NCBI GenBank assembly: GCA_026770705.1
Contig: JANJGN010000002.1
Span: forward strand, 26,102,001-26,166,000
Length of the DNA stretch: 64,000 nucleotides
Origin: Isurus oxyrinchus
Lineage: Eukaryota
Reading direction: 5' to 3'
Below are positions 37,996 to 50,547 of this stretch, one piece after another. The translations under genes were made by a program, and so were the position numbers. The notes under the pieces were generated by a model that was given only the letters and a program-made list of their open reading frames with translations, made no database searches and was not told the origin of the DNA. Position 1 is the stretch's first letter. Every line of letters begins with the position of its first letter.

Positions 37996-38178
37996 CTGAC
38001 CTAATGAAAGAGGCACAGCATCTTGTGTATGAGTACGGCCAATTTTGATGATGTCAGCAAACTCTTTGGCCTTGTCTTCAAGTGCATCATGTAGCTTCTG
38101 CAGTCCAGGCAGCAGCACCTCATGGACCTCCTTGGCAGCAGCAATGTGCATGGCAGTTGGGAAAGTGTCATTGGAACT
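37996..38178 (-). CDS. fh: Fumarate hydratase exon 5 (183 nt, [11 protein letters not shown]...[17 protein letters not shown])
   Basis: CCAG|AGT acceptor and CAG|GTAGG donor. Contains the catalytic His motif GRTHTQDA. Confidence 0.98.
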
Positions 38179-38570
38179 CTGGTTATGAGGGAAAGAAGGG
38201 AAAGCACAGATCAAAATTGACGCAGCGCTGCAGTTAGATTTATTAGATGCTGTATCAGTGCATAACCATTTTTTATAAGCTGGATTTTCAAACAGCTTAA
38301 AAGTATGGACTGCGTGCACAATTTCAACTTTGTAAATAACTACAATCAAATTAAATTAAACCTTCTAATGCATCAAGATAGTTACATTTCTAAACTAACC
38401 CTCTCCAAAGGTAAAAAAAAAAACACATTTCCTATTCCACGCGAGATAACAAATGGTGTTTAGACAGAGCAAAAGTAATATTGCAAATCCCCGGCGCTCT
38501 TTTCTGGACCATGAAAAGGAAAAAGAGATTTTAAACTCCAAGGGGATGGAACTGAGGCCTAGATGAGTAC

Positions 38571-38747
38571 CTGGCTCTTGTTTACATGATCATTGGGATG
38601 TACAGGATCCTTGCTGCCCAGTTTACCTCCAAGAATCTGAATTGCCCTGTTGCTGATCACTTCATTCACATTCATGTTCGTTTGTGTTCCAGAGCCGGTC
38701 TGCCATACCACCAGAGGAAAGTGATCATCCAATTTCCCAGCAATCAC
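38571..38747 (-). CDS. fh: Fumarate hydratase exon 4 (177 nt, [30 protein letters not shown]...[10 protein letters not shown])
   Basis: GCAG|GTG acceptor and CAG|GTAC donor. Confidence 0.98.
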
Positions 38748-40895
38748 CTGCACAATAAGCACATCAGCAAACCTCATTGTCAGATTCTTGTGCCATGTGG
38801 ACAAGAAAGCAGCCACTTCAAAGAATATCAGAAACAGGATAATTTGTGCTTACATATCGTTTAGAATGTTGCCCAAGGCAAAGAGCGTTGGGAGTCATAA
38901 GTGGAATGGTTACGTTTTACCATAATATCTCAAACTGATATTTGTGGTACTAATCAAACTGCTTTAATAAACTAAATTATGCAATGCACCACTTGTCAGC
39001 ACTGTAGAGAACTGCTTTACAATTACAAAGCACCGTCCACTGGCTAGATTACAGTATTACAACACTGGTCAGAATTTTCCAAATGAGGGAGAGAAAAATG
39101 CTTTGTTCAGAAAAACAGATTTTCAAGAAAAAAAATTGTTTATGATTACATTTACTTTCAATTATTAAAATACAATTTTACACTGTAGCGGTGCTACCAT
39201 GAACCAGTTATCTTCTCCCAAGAGATTTCCTTAGTAGTGAGAAATTTCTTGAGAGGGCAAACAGAAGAAGAGGGGCCGATTACATAGGACTGCATTAAAA
39301 TTACTACACAGAGGCAGACTGTCAATGTTCATGCTCCAACAAGGCAGCAAGGAATGGGCATGACACATTATTTTTTTAAGTCTATAATACCATGACTTGG
39401 AGGAGGTACCGGTAGGTTCCAGTGTGCACTGAATGCTTAGGGGCTATTTTCCAATGAAACACAAACCCAAAATTCCAAGCCATAAATTACAAAATTGGCT
39501 ATTTTCAAGGAACGTGAATTCTTAAAACACTGAATAACCAGGATTACAGAAGCGACTGGTTTGCACTACACCTAAATTCAGAAGATTTCAAGCATCATGG
39601 CATATTCAAGGCTCTTTTAATAAGAGCAGAATTAGGTCCTCTGGCTCCAGCAAGATGCCACATTGATATATGTTTTAATATGTAGCCCCAAAACTAATGT
39701 TGCAATTGCGTTCTGTATCTTTTTAATGTAATTTTCTGAAATTCATATTTAGTGAGTCAGCAGAACACGATAAATATGATTATCAAACTGTTCTGGGAAG
39801 CAGGAAGTCCCCATCCATGTCAGATGTCACTGGGGTTACTCTGGAGCAAAAGAGGCCCAAAATGAAGTCTTCATGTGCTGCTAAAATGAGTACTGCTGTA
39901 ATAAGGCAACTAACTTATTGAACAGCATAGATTCTTCAAGCACAGGTAGGAGGCATACTCTGAACAGCAAGTGTTCAGCCCTATTTCTTTCCTGACAATA
40001 AATGTTACAGGTTAAGGCCACTGTGAAGGTTCCCCCAATACAAAGAAAATTCTACCTCTGCACACTCAGGACAATTGGAGGTTGTGGGCAGGGTGGAGTG
40101 GGGAGGGGTGGGTGAAGATACTGCCATTTGCTATTCAAAGCAAAACTGGAAATGGGTGTAGAAATGCACATAAACTTCTCACCATATAACAGAAATTTTC
40201 AATATTAAAATTATGAAAGGATTTCTTTTGAGACCTATTATATCTTAAATTCATTTCCTGGGTACGTGTTCCATTGAAAGCTCCTATGTCAATCCACTCT
40301 GAAGAGAAATTCCATTATAAAATGTCCATTTTTACTTGCAGTAGTTATGACGTCTGTAGGTGGGGCTGTGATAGGATTTACAATATTAAGGGTGTCACAA
40401 CTTAAATGTCACATAACACCTGGCATGACATAACATTTAGTGTTACACAATACCTGCTATTTTATAGTGAGAGTATGACTTAACATAAACTGCTTTGAGT
40501 TAATTTGCAGTTGCACAATTGGGCCAATGGCAATGTAAAGCAACTTTTTGCGTTTCACAGCTTGATCTTGGTTAAAGGGAAGTAAATGGCAAGATAAGGA
40601 GCAACTTTTCCTTTTAATCTCATTTTAATTTGTTGCGCCACCTTACAAGTTTCTCAGAGCTCCAACAATGCCAATTCCCCCTGTGGATATTTTAGGTCAT
40701 CCTTTATCCTACTGCTGCAATTGAATACGGTCTGTTCCTGGTCCAGCACAGCTGTTATGACTGCTGTGGCTCATTCGAATTAGGTTCTTCTTTTGTTTCT
40801 TCTTGCTTGCCAATTCAGCTATCCTGGCTTATGTCTTCCTCCCCCTCGGAATTCATAATAAAACAAGTTGTAAACTATTTTCAGGCTGTTCTTAC

Positions 40896-41006
40896 CTCGT
40901 CGGCTGCCTTTACAATGCTATCTGCAATCTTTGCATCCAAACCATATCCTACATTCACTTCTGCAGCAGCTCGCTTCAGAATGCCAAAGGCTTTTATCAT
41001 TTGGAT
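40896..41006 (-). CDS. fh: Fumarate hydratase exon 3 (111 nt, [18 protein letters not shown]...IVKAADE)
   Basis: ACAG|ATC acceptor and GAG|GTAAG donor. Confidence 0.97.
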
Positions 41007-41915
41007 CTGTGAACAAAAACAAAGATGAAGTAACATAGAATCATAGATTTCCATGGAATATCTCGCTCTCCTTTTCTCCTTTACTCCCTGACAGAAGGGT
41101 TTTATTAAAATATTCTGCCTGGAAATTGCATGTTGATTTAATTAGTAAAAAGTGTAATTTCCACATGGTTTAGTTTTACATTAGTGACAGATGATCTGTT
41201 ATCTATTTCACTGTTGGTGGTTATACTGGAACAAGCAATGCAAGGAGAACCAGTTGAATGCTGCAGTGGGGGGAAACTCCAATTAAACTGCCCATTTGCA
41301 TCTCTGCAGTGGGGAAAGACTGAGCTCCCAATGTCCTCACTGAATCACAAACTCGTTGGGTTCTAAGGGCCAGTAAAATTCCCAGCATTTCAATGACAGC
41401 ACAGTCAGCTCTTTCAGGCTTCAAAAACTGAACTATGTAAGATAATGAAATCCCCAAAAACCCAAGGGGTTTTCCAAATGAAAATTTAAACCAAGTTTAA
41501 ATCTGCCTGATTGGATAAGTTGAAAAAGATTGCAAACCCTTCAAAGAAGAGGTGGTTTCTCCCTGTGGTCTGGCCAGCATTTATCCCTAAACTAAGGCAA
41601 TTAAACTATTTGTCATGTGTGGTACCTTGCTCCACCACACTGTAGATGTAATTCATTGCTTCTGAAGGACTTTGGGGCATGCTATGGAATGGAAGTTCTT
41701 TCTTTTTCTCTTTAAAACACTGGAAGGTATATTCTACCCTCCCTCCAAAGCATGCCAGGTCCGGGCTGCTTGTCATAAGATGCCAAGAAAGGATGATGGA
41801 TGGTTACAACTACAAGAAAAAATGTGACAGAGTTTAAAAATGTAAGAACCACATTCAACAGCAGGAAAAAGTAATCCACTATATGTCCTCATATTTCAAG
41901 ATAATTACAGAAAAG

Positions 41916-42154
41916 TAACAAAAACAAAAATAAAAATACCTGGAAAAATTTAGCAGGTCTGACAGCATCTGCGGAGAGGAATACCGTTAACGTTTCGAGT
42001 CCGTATGACTCTTCAACAGAACATACAACAGTCATACAGACTCAAAACGTTAACGGTATTCCTCTCCACAGATGCTGTCAGACCTGCGGAGTATTTCCAG
42101 GTATTTTTATTTTTGCTTTTGTTTTGGATTTCCAGCATCCGCAGTTTTTTGCTT
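41916..42154. mobile_element. 239-bp palindromic PLE-terminus element with hammerhead (CUGUUGA core)
   Basis: 11-bp TSD TTACAGAAAAG (41905-41915, 42155-42165) and ~90-bp inverted arms. Minus-strand motif at 41985-42023: UGUU-CUGUUGA-A-GAGUC(AUACG)GACUC-GAA-ACGU-U-AACG. Confidence 0.85.
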
Positions 42155-42272
42155 TTACAGAAAAGGAACGCCATTCACCCTACCCATCCAGACTGAACCA
42201 AAGATGAAACAGAGTGGTGAGTTCCAGTCCCTGTGATCCTTACACCACTGAGTTCTTAAAGTCAGACACATG

Positions 42273-42956
42273 GGGTAGGATTTTACCGTCAGTGAGCAGG
42301 GGCGGGGCCTGCTCGCTAACGCATAAAATAATGCGCGATGACGTTGGGTGGAACTCCCAGCGTCACTGTGCCCCATTTAAATTTTCTGGAAGGCGGGGGC
42401 ACAGCAAAATCAGCTGCGCACGTGCCGACCTGTCAATGGCCAATTGAGGCCATTGATAGATCAATTAAAGTAATTAGTGGACCTGTCCGTCCAACCTTAA
42501 GATTGGCGGGCATGCCAGGAGCCCCAGCGGGAAGTAGAAAAAACATGACGGTGGGATGAGGTTTCATGTAGGATTTAAAAGATTTGAATAAAGTTTTTTT
42601 GGAAACTATGAACAAGCGACATTGTCACAGGAGGGGACATGTAAGGAAATTTTTTTTTTCTATTTTTAATATTTTTGAAAGTAGAGGCCATCTCCCTGAG
42701 GCAGCACTTTGCCTCAGGGAGATGAGTGCGCTCTTTCGTGTGCACGCGCGAAAGAGTGCACTCTCAATTTTAGGAACCCCACCCCCCCCCCCCACCGCCT
42801 GCACAGGGAGCGCAAAGTGCTTCCCTGTAGATATCATGCTGGGCGGGCCTTAATTGGCCCGCCCACTTAAAATGGCGCTGCACCTCCGATCGAGGGCACC
42901 GATCGGAAGCGCACCCGCCCATCAACTTCACCCCCAATGGGGGGAAAATTCTGCCC
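42273..42956 (-). mobile_element. Harbinger-type MITE, copy 3
   Basis: TIRs GGGTAGGATTTT / AAAATTCTGCCC with TSD ATG. Same orientation as 7634-8296. Confidence 0.85.
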
Positions 42957-43084
42957 ATGAAATAGAAATATACAGATTTTATACACTGTACTTTCCTGCA
43001 TTTTTAATTCAGATTGTCATGCACTAACTCCATTTTATACTGTCAAACTAATATTATTGTGATTTATTTGTTAGTGAGAAGGAA

Positions 43085-43790
43085 AAAAAAGTGCTTTTTT
43101 CCAGTCTTTCATGGTCACAGGACAACTCAGAGTGCTTTACAGCCCATGAAATATTTTTGCAGCGCAGTAACAGCTGTGATATGGAAGGTACAATAGCCAA
43201 TTTGCACATAGCAAGCTCACACAAACAGTAATGTGACCAGATAATTTGTTTTAGTGATGCTGATTGACGGAGAAACTTGGCCAGGACACTGGAGATAGCT
43301 TCCTCCCTCTTCTTTGAAATAAGAACATACGAACAAGGAGCAGGAGTAGGCCATTCGGCACCTCGAGCCTGCTCTGCCATTTAATAAACTCATGGCTGAT
43401 CTGATAGTAACCCTAAATCTGCATCCCGCCTAACATTGATAGCCTATCACCCCTTTGCTTACCAAGAATCTATACACCTCCGCCTTAAAAATATTCAAAG
43501 ACTCTGCTTCCAACACCTTTTCAGGAACAGAGTTCCAAAGATACTCAACCCTCAGAGAAAAAATTTCGCATCACCTCAGTTTTAAACGGGCGACCCCTTA
43601 TTTTTAAATAGTGCCATGGAATCTTATACAGGGCAAATCGGACTTTGGTTAACATCTCATCTGAAAGTGGAGCACTCCCTCAGTACTGTGCTGGAGTGCT
43701 AACCTCGGTTTTTATGCTCAAGTCTTGGAGCAGGACTTGAACTCCCTGTCTGACTCAGGTGCAAACCACAACTGACACTATCATACCAGA
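43085..43790 (-). mobile_element. Deu-domain SINE interrupted by a CR1 3' fragment (~43322-43605)
   Basis: The SINE sequence ...CTTCTTTGAAATA resumes as AAATAGTGCCATGG after a CR1 tail (AAGAACATACGAACAAGGAGCAGGAGTAGGCC). Reverse B-box GGACTTGAAC near 43733-43742. Confidence 0.75.
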
Positions 43791-43865
43791 TCTCTTGAAA
43801 ATTCTGCAATTATTTGCCTTATTTAAAAAAAATCACTTAAAATTATCCTCAACCAACACTATTTA

Positions 43866-44201
43866 CAGAAAAGTCCTTGTTATCCGGCATGCACCGGGGT
43901 GGGAGGTACCGGTTAATCATATATGCCAGTTAACCGAGAAGGAAGGTGAGTTCTGCATTTTCATCCAATGAAAAAGCTGCACGATGATCAATTAGATATT
44001 GAGATCTCACAGGGGAGCCCGAGAATCGAGTTAAGCAGCAAAGAGGGGAGATGCCATTGTACAACAATGGGAGCCTGAGACCAGGCCACCGACTATTACC
44101 TGTGAGTTTGACACCTCCAATCAAAAAGCAGACCCGACCCCAGAATTCTGGTTAATAGAGAATTCCAGTTGCTAGAGTGCCAGATAACAGAAATGTTACT
44201 G
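43866..44201. mobile_element. pogo/Tigger (Tc1-mariner) MITE
   Basis: TA-CAGAAAAGTCCTTGTTATCCGGCA ... TGCCAGATAACAGAAATGTTACTG-TA: ~24-bp imperfect TIRs and a TA duplication. Confidence 0.7.
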
Positions 44202-44666
44202 TAATTAACAATTAATGAGGATTATTTGCCTGCATTATAGCCATATAAACTAGAGATATTTAGTGCCCATGTGGATGCCACATCATTGTTATTGCTACAT
44301 CAATGATAATGCTACAATCAAGTGTTTTTTTTAAATAAAAGACATTTAATTACATCATGTAATTAGGAAAATCTCACAAAGATACCAGTTTCAATTTCCA
44401 AGATTTTTGCCTGAAGCTGCAATGATATGATTCCTGCTACTATTCTGCTATTTTCCGTAAATCAGTTACAATCCTGACCAATTACTGCATATCCAGAGGC
44501 TTGCAACAAAGGAAGCACTTTCCTGATCTTTTTACCAAGTGAATTAGAAAAAAAATAAAATAAAATTCACAGCAATAGGTGAGGGGTACAAGGACTGTGG
44601 GGAAAAATTAAAGGAATCAGTTATCAGCTTTTTCTTTTAAAATTAAAACTTTGCCAATTAACTTAC

Positions 44667-44801
44667 TGGCATCCGTTCAGACAGCCCTCCAATTTTAAAG
44701 TTCATCATTGATCTAACCGTCTGGGCTCCATAGTATTTGTCATTTGGCACTTTCAGCTCACCAAAGGTGTCATATTCGATTCTGTAGCCAACAGAGCTTT
44801 C
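44667..44801 (-). CDS. fh: Fumarate hydratase exon 2 (135 nt, [31 protein letters not shown]...ERMP)
   Basis: TTTCAG|GAA acceptor and CCA|GTAAGT donor. Confidence 0.97.
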
Positions 44802-45009
44802 CTGAAAAAAAAAGCAGAATTTTTTCAGTTTCTAAGTACAGGGTAATAATGGATAAACATTTACTTAATTTCCAAGTGAAATTTAAAACTCCGCCAGAGG
44901 TTAAGCATGCCTAAGGTTTAGAAATCATCTTTTTAAACCTTCCATTGATTGCAAACAATGACTGTTCAGAAAATGTGGTCTCCTTCTCCACCCAAACAAA
45001 AAAAAACGA

Positions 45010-45205
45010 CTTGTATTTATTTAGTGCCTTTAACATAGTAAGACATTCCAAGGTGTTTCACGAGAACCTCTTTTGACCCTGAGCCACAACAGTGGACATT
45101 AGATGACCAAAGGTTTCATTAATGAGGTAGATTTTAAGGAGTGTCTTAGAGAAGGGCAGAGAGGTAGAGAGGCAGTGGGGTTTAGGGAGGGAATTCCAGT
45201 ACAGA
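45010..45205 (-). mobile_element. L2-type 3' remnant
   Basis: ACTTGTATTTATTTAGTGCCTTTAAC...TTTAGGGAGGGAATTCCAG is the reverse complement of an L2 3' end. Confidence 0.6.
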
Positions 45206-45660
45206 TGCATCGGAGAATATTAGCAAAATTAGGGTAATATTGTATCTTTGAAAAAGATAATTCCCTCCCCGCAAAATGTTTAAATATCACTCATATGTGC
45301 CCGCTAATTGTTTTGGCATGATGTCTGCACCAATAATCATTTTGCCTTTGGTTTGAACCAGTACTTCGATGTGAAAGTAATCATTTTTAAACATCAGTTG
45401 GAGCTTTTCAGTGACATAAAAGTACTCAAATATTTCACTGAAAAGAGACATAGGCATAATTAAATGTTTGAAAAATTAAAAATATATTCTGATTAACAAA
45501 AACAACTTTTGCCAAACTGCTTCATTGTGAGCTTTAAAGGGCAAAGCTTGCACCTGCTGTGCTTTATCAGAGTTGCATATTAATGTGACCTTAAAACAAA
45601 TGGGTGTACAAATGTACAATTGCTAATTTTTTTGCTAAAATAGACTGAGAAGATCAAATA

Positions 45661-45905
45661 ACCTTACTGAAACTTAGGGGGCTTGACAGGGTAGATGCTG
45701 AGTTGTTTGCCCTTGTGGGAGAGCCTAGAGCCAGAGGGCATAATCTCAGAGTAAAGGGTTGCCCATTTAAGACAGAGATAAGGAGGAATTTCTTCTCTCA
45801 GAGAGTAGTGCATCTGTGGAATTCTTTACTGCAGAGGGTTGTAGAGGCGGGGTTGTTAAGTATATTCAAGGGTGAGACAGACAGATTTTTAATCAGTAAG
45901 CAGTG
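45661..45905 (+). mobile_element. CR1 fragment, ORF2 C-terminus
   Basis: RGHNLRV...RRNFFSQRVVHLWNSL. Confidence 0.8.
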
Positions 45906-46950
45906 TTGAGCAACCCCATAGGACCAATTTCTGACCTGCTCCATGTTTAAATGGTAAATAAGTAACTCTCAAATATGGGTTTTGCAATCTTGGATCAATT
46001 GCAGACCCACAGTCAAGAATTAATTCTAGCACAACTGAATGCAGACAATAACGTGGCATTGCATTGCACAAAGATATACCTGATTCTGGTGTGATTTATA
46101 GCCCCAACTTGGTGAGCTCCACATGACATTAAAAAAAACAACTACCATCCCGGCAGGAGGGCAGAAATCCATGCACCAGAGCTAACTGCTAGTACCTAGC
46201 CAAATTATTCCTGTTAGCTATGACGCTGGATACTAGTGGACAGGGGGCAGTGGACCTTGCTGTTATCATGCTAGCTTCGAAAGAGGCTCTCTAAACTGTT
46301 TCTACTCCATGACTCAAAATATTGAGGGATAACCTGTCAATGTATCAGTAATTACATTGTCGTCATTCAATAACAATCATTTTGTTGACTGACAATTGCA
46401 TTAAGGCAATTGCATTGTTAAAACAGGTGATGGGAAGTGACTCACCTATTGATCCTGTTAATCACATTTTGATTTAATGTTTACAAGTTTCCTTTAAATT
46501 TTGTCTTTGTTTTTGCAGTTTCCTTTTAAGGGGCTGCCCTTTACTTTGTCTCTAATTTTGTTAATTTAGTTTACTTGACGGTTGACTCAAAAGAGCTAAA
46601 AATGGCTACAGTTGTAACACTCCAGGGTGGAAGGGACTGGAAGAGTCTATCACTTTGTTCAGCGGTCTTAAGAATACACCTGCTTGACTCTTCTTTCCAT
46701 GATAAGCATTTATTGGAAATGACATAACCCTTGATGATCCTACATTTTCAGTATCCTGGAAAGAAACACCCTCTATTTCCCTCAATCCACACCATTGTGC
46801 GGAAGAAACAAAATCACTCTTACTGGCAGACAAAAGCTTGCTGTTTTTGGATATTGTTCCAACCCATTATTTAGCTCTAGTTGGTCTGGTTGTTAAGATC
46901 AACACTACAGAAACCAAATTATCCTAAACTAATTATTATTAGGTATTCTA

Positions 46951-48320
46951 ATAAGACATAGGTGCGGAAGTAGGCCATTTGGCCCATCGAGTCTGCTCTG
47001 CCATTCAATGAGATCATGACTGATCTGATAATCCTCAACTCTACTTTCCTGCCTTTTCCCCATAACCCTTGATTCCCTTACTGATTAAAAATCTGCCTAT
47101 CTCAGCCTTGAATATACATAACGACCCAGCCTCTGCAGCCCTCTGTGGTACAGAATTCCACTGATTCACTACCTTCTAAGAGAAGAAATTTCTCATCTCT
47201 GTTGTAAGTGGGTGACCCTTCACCCTAAGATTATGCCTTGTTTCCAGACTCTTTCACAAGGGGAATCAACCTCTCAGCATCGACCCTGTCAAGCCCCCTG
47301 AGAATCTTATATGTTTCAATAAGGTTGCCTCTCATTCCTCCAAACTCCAATGCGTACAGACCCAACCTACTCAACCTCTCCTCACAAGAAAGTCCCTCCA
47401 AACCCAGGGTCATCCTAGTGAACCTTCTCTGAACTGCCTCCAATGCCAGTATATCTTTCCTTAGATAAGGGGACCAATGTTCTAGTTGTGATCTAACAAG
47501 TGCCTTGTTTAGTTTTAGCAAGACTTACCTGTTTTTATATTCCATTCCTTTTGAAATAAAGGCCAACATTCCATTTGTCTTCTCTATTACCTGCTGAACT
47601 TGTATGTTAGCTTTTGGGGATACATGGACAAGGACCCCCAAATCCCTCTGTGCTGTAGTTTCTGCAGTCTTTCCCCATTTCAGTAATATTCAGCTGCTCT
47701 TTTCTTCCTGCCAAATGCATAACCTGACATTTTCCCACATTATATTTCATCTGCCACGTTTTTGCCGACTCACTTAACCTGTCTATATCCCTCTGTAGAC
47801 TCTTTGCATCATCCTCATCACTTGCCTTCCCACCTATTTTTGTGTTATCCACAAACTTGATGATTGTACATTCACTTCCCTCATTTGTCATTAATATATA
47901 TGTAAATAATTGCAGCCCCAGCATTGACCCCCGTGGCGCTCCACTAGTTAGATTGCCATCCTGAAAATGCCCCCTTATCCCAATTCTCTGTCTTCTATTA
48001 GTTAGCCAATCCTCTATGCATGCTAATATACTACCCCCAACATCTTATCTTATTAAGTAGCCTTATGTGCGGTAACTAATTGAATGTCTTTTGGAAATCC
48101 AAATACATTACATCTACTGGTTCCCCTTTATCAATCATGCCTATTACCTCCTTAAAGAATTCTACTAAATTTGTCAGGCATGGTTTCCCCTTCATGAAGC
48201 TATACTGTCTCTGCTTGATTATATTATGTATTTCTAAATGCTCTATTACATCCTTTATAATATACTCTAACATTTTCCCAATGTCAGATATTAAACGAGC
48301 CAGCCTATAAGTTACCTGTT
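46951..48320 (-). mobile_element. 5'-truncated CR1 LINE in fh intron 1
   Basis: RT remnants (FMKGKPCLTNL...YLDFQK; KFVDNTK; LVRSQLEH) and CR1 3' tail. Same subfamily as 55020-56455. Confidence 0.9.
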
Positions 48321-49378
48321 TTTGAATAAGGGCATTACATTCGTGCCAATGTCCAGAAAATTCTACACTCTGGATACTTACTGGATAAAATAGTTTTTGC
48401 TTAAATGTGGTTGGTTTTCGGAATGTAAATATCTGATACCAGTACCTCGAGTGACACATATTGTTTGCAAATATTAAAAATACATACTGAACATCTTTTC
48501 ACTTTCACAATTGCTGAAAATGGATATTTATGCATTTCACAAGTTTATTCATTAGAATTTAAAAAGTGTGTAAAACCGAAAGAAACATTTCTTAATGAGA
48601 CATAGCAGGCTAGTCTGCATCTGTGGGATAAGAGTGCAGACAATCAAGGTTCCAAATGGGTACCCTTCAGAACAGAAAATCAAGTGCAATCATCCATTTA
48701 CTGGATTTGTACATAGAGGAACATAACGACAGCATTGCTTCCTTAACCAAGTGTGCCATTAACAGTTTGAAATTTTATATAAAGTTAAAATTAAAATAGG
48801 AAATACGTGTTGCGAAAGTTTGCTTTGCAATAGCTGAAAAAGCAACTGCAATGCTCCAAGCTTTCCCTGCAGTTAACTATGTTAAATGATCATCTAGCTG
48901 ACAATAATGTATATCTGATGGATTGATTTTTTAAACTAATTTTACAAACTGTCAGCAGTTCGTCGTCTCTGATAAAAGGATTGGTGGTACAGCAACGCAT
49001 GTCTTGAATCTGCTCCAATTTTGAGCTCTCTCCCTCGCTATATATAAAATCTGGATCACGCTGGGAAATCTCCAGTATTTGTAGCTGTCACTCCATCTTC
49101 TGACGGGAGGAATTTCTCCCCCTTCTGGTCACACATTCGATCACTCAAAACTTCTTGCCCAAAAAAGTTATCTGCCCCATTTTAGAAAGCACGGTGCTCC
49201 GATCGTCAGGATTAAAAACTTTGGCTTCAAAGCAAACGATTCACTCTCCCTGCCAAAACCAGCGACGGAAGCAGAATCCATAACAAAAGGGGGAAAATGG
49301 ATCAGTATTTTAAGCTGCAATGCTTGTTTTAAAAAAAATAATAGGGGGGGGGGGGGGGAGGGGGAGGAAGAGACTGAA

Positions 49379-49585
49379 GTGAGCAGCCCTTTCAAAGAGC
49401 ACGTCCCTCCCAGGTGATTTAGGCTTCTTTCTACTCTGCAAAAAATTGTGAGCACCCCTTTCAAAGAGCACGTCCCTCCCAGGTGATTTAGGCTTCTTTC
49501 TACTCTGCAAAAAATTGTGAGCACCCCTTTCAAAGAGCACCTCCCTCCCAGGTGAATTAGGCTTCTTTCTACTCTGCAAAAAATT
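49379..49585. repeat. Tandem repeat, 3 x 69 bp, near-identical units
   Basis: Units start at 49379, 49448 and 49517: GTGAGCASCCCTTTCAAAGAGCACSTCCCTCCCAGGTGAWTTAGGCTTCTTTCTACTCTGCAAAAAATT. Confidence 0.95.
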
Positions 49586-50380
49586 CTGTGCACAAATTGT
49601 GATTCGGCCAATAGTAAATATAGCACGGTTCTCAAATAAAAATACAATAATACCCTGCAGTCCTACAACTACCTTACACGCAATGTCACTCATGTACCTA
49701 CTGGTAAAAGAAGATGTCTGCCTGCTGCGTTTTGCAGTTCGCCGGTCTCGCAGGCGACTTAAGCAACGGGAGGGGGCAAAACTTATGATCCATTTGCCTA
49801 CAACCGCGGAGGGGAAAGCAAGAGTCAGGGCAGGGCAGAGCAGGAGCTCTGTCCCCGCTCAGGGATGAACAGGCGTGGGCTGGGGAGAAGTGCTGAGGCC
49901 TGGTGCTTCCTGATCAATGTGACTCGGCCCTTCGAAGCAGGAGCGATAGAGACACCACCGAATATCGGGGTTGTTATTTATTTTTTTAAATGAGGACGAC
50001 AAAGAAAATGGCTTTAAAAATAAATTAAAACAATAAAAGCGGGGCGACAAGAAATGTGGGGACATAATAATTGTACCAGCCTCTCCTCAAAATGTTCCCC
50101 CCCCAAGTGAGAGCGAGTGCTGCTGCTGCTGCTGCTCCGGACGGTGGGTGTGGGTGACCTTGTCCAATGGAACGTTCCCCGGGGAAATCTTGGCAACCCC
50201 GGGCTGCACGGGGCCGGGAGGATTCCTGCAGCAGCTGATTGCACGAAAACAAAAAGCGTGGGGGGTGCGAAGCAAAGGAGCGTAAAAAAGACCAAAATTT
50301 CAGCCCGCTCGGAGCTGCCGTGCACTTAAATGCGGTGCGAATAAAACCCGCACACACACTGCGCGAGAAGCCGGTCTGCA

Positions 50381-50410
50381 TCTCTCTCTCTCTCTGACAC
50401 ACACACACAC
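50381..50410. repeat. Compound (TC)n(AC)n microsatellite just inside fh intron 1
   Basis: TCTCTCTCTCTCTCTGACACACACACACAC. Confidence 0.85.
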
Positions 50411-50427
50411 GCTTGAAACGCACTCAC

Positions 50428-50547
50428 CATCCTCTTACTCGTTGCAATAGCAGCAGCCGGCTGCAGGGTCCGGCTCAATAATTGAGAGGTCTGAGCCGCT
50501 TGGATTTTAGTGCGGAACCGGTGGAGATTTCGGAGAAAGCGGAACAT
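50428..50547 (-). CDS. fh: Fumarate hydratase exon 1 (120 nt, mitochondrial presequence MFRFLRNLHRFRTK...ATSKRM)
   Basis: Arg/Ser/Ala-rich presequence with no acidic residues, ending in ATG|GTGAGT, in phase with exon 2. Lies in a CpG-rich region. Spliced CDS totals 1521 nt. Confidence 0.93.

Noticed and set aside
49379-49585. CRISPR-like array, or coding repeat ORFs 49168-49647 and 49310-49693
   Set aside because: The units are contiguous with no unique spacers and the context is a vertebrate intron. The ORFs are open only because 69 is a multiple of 3.
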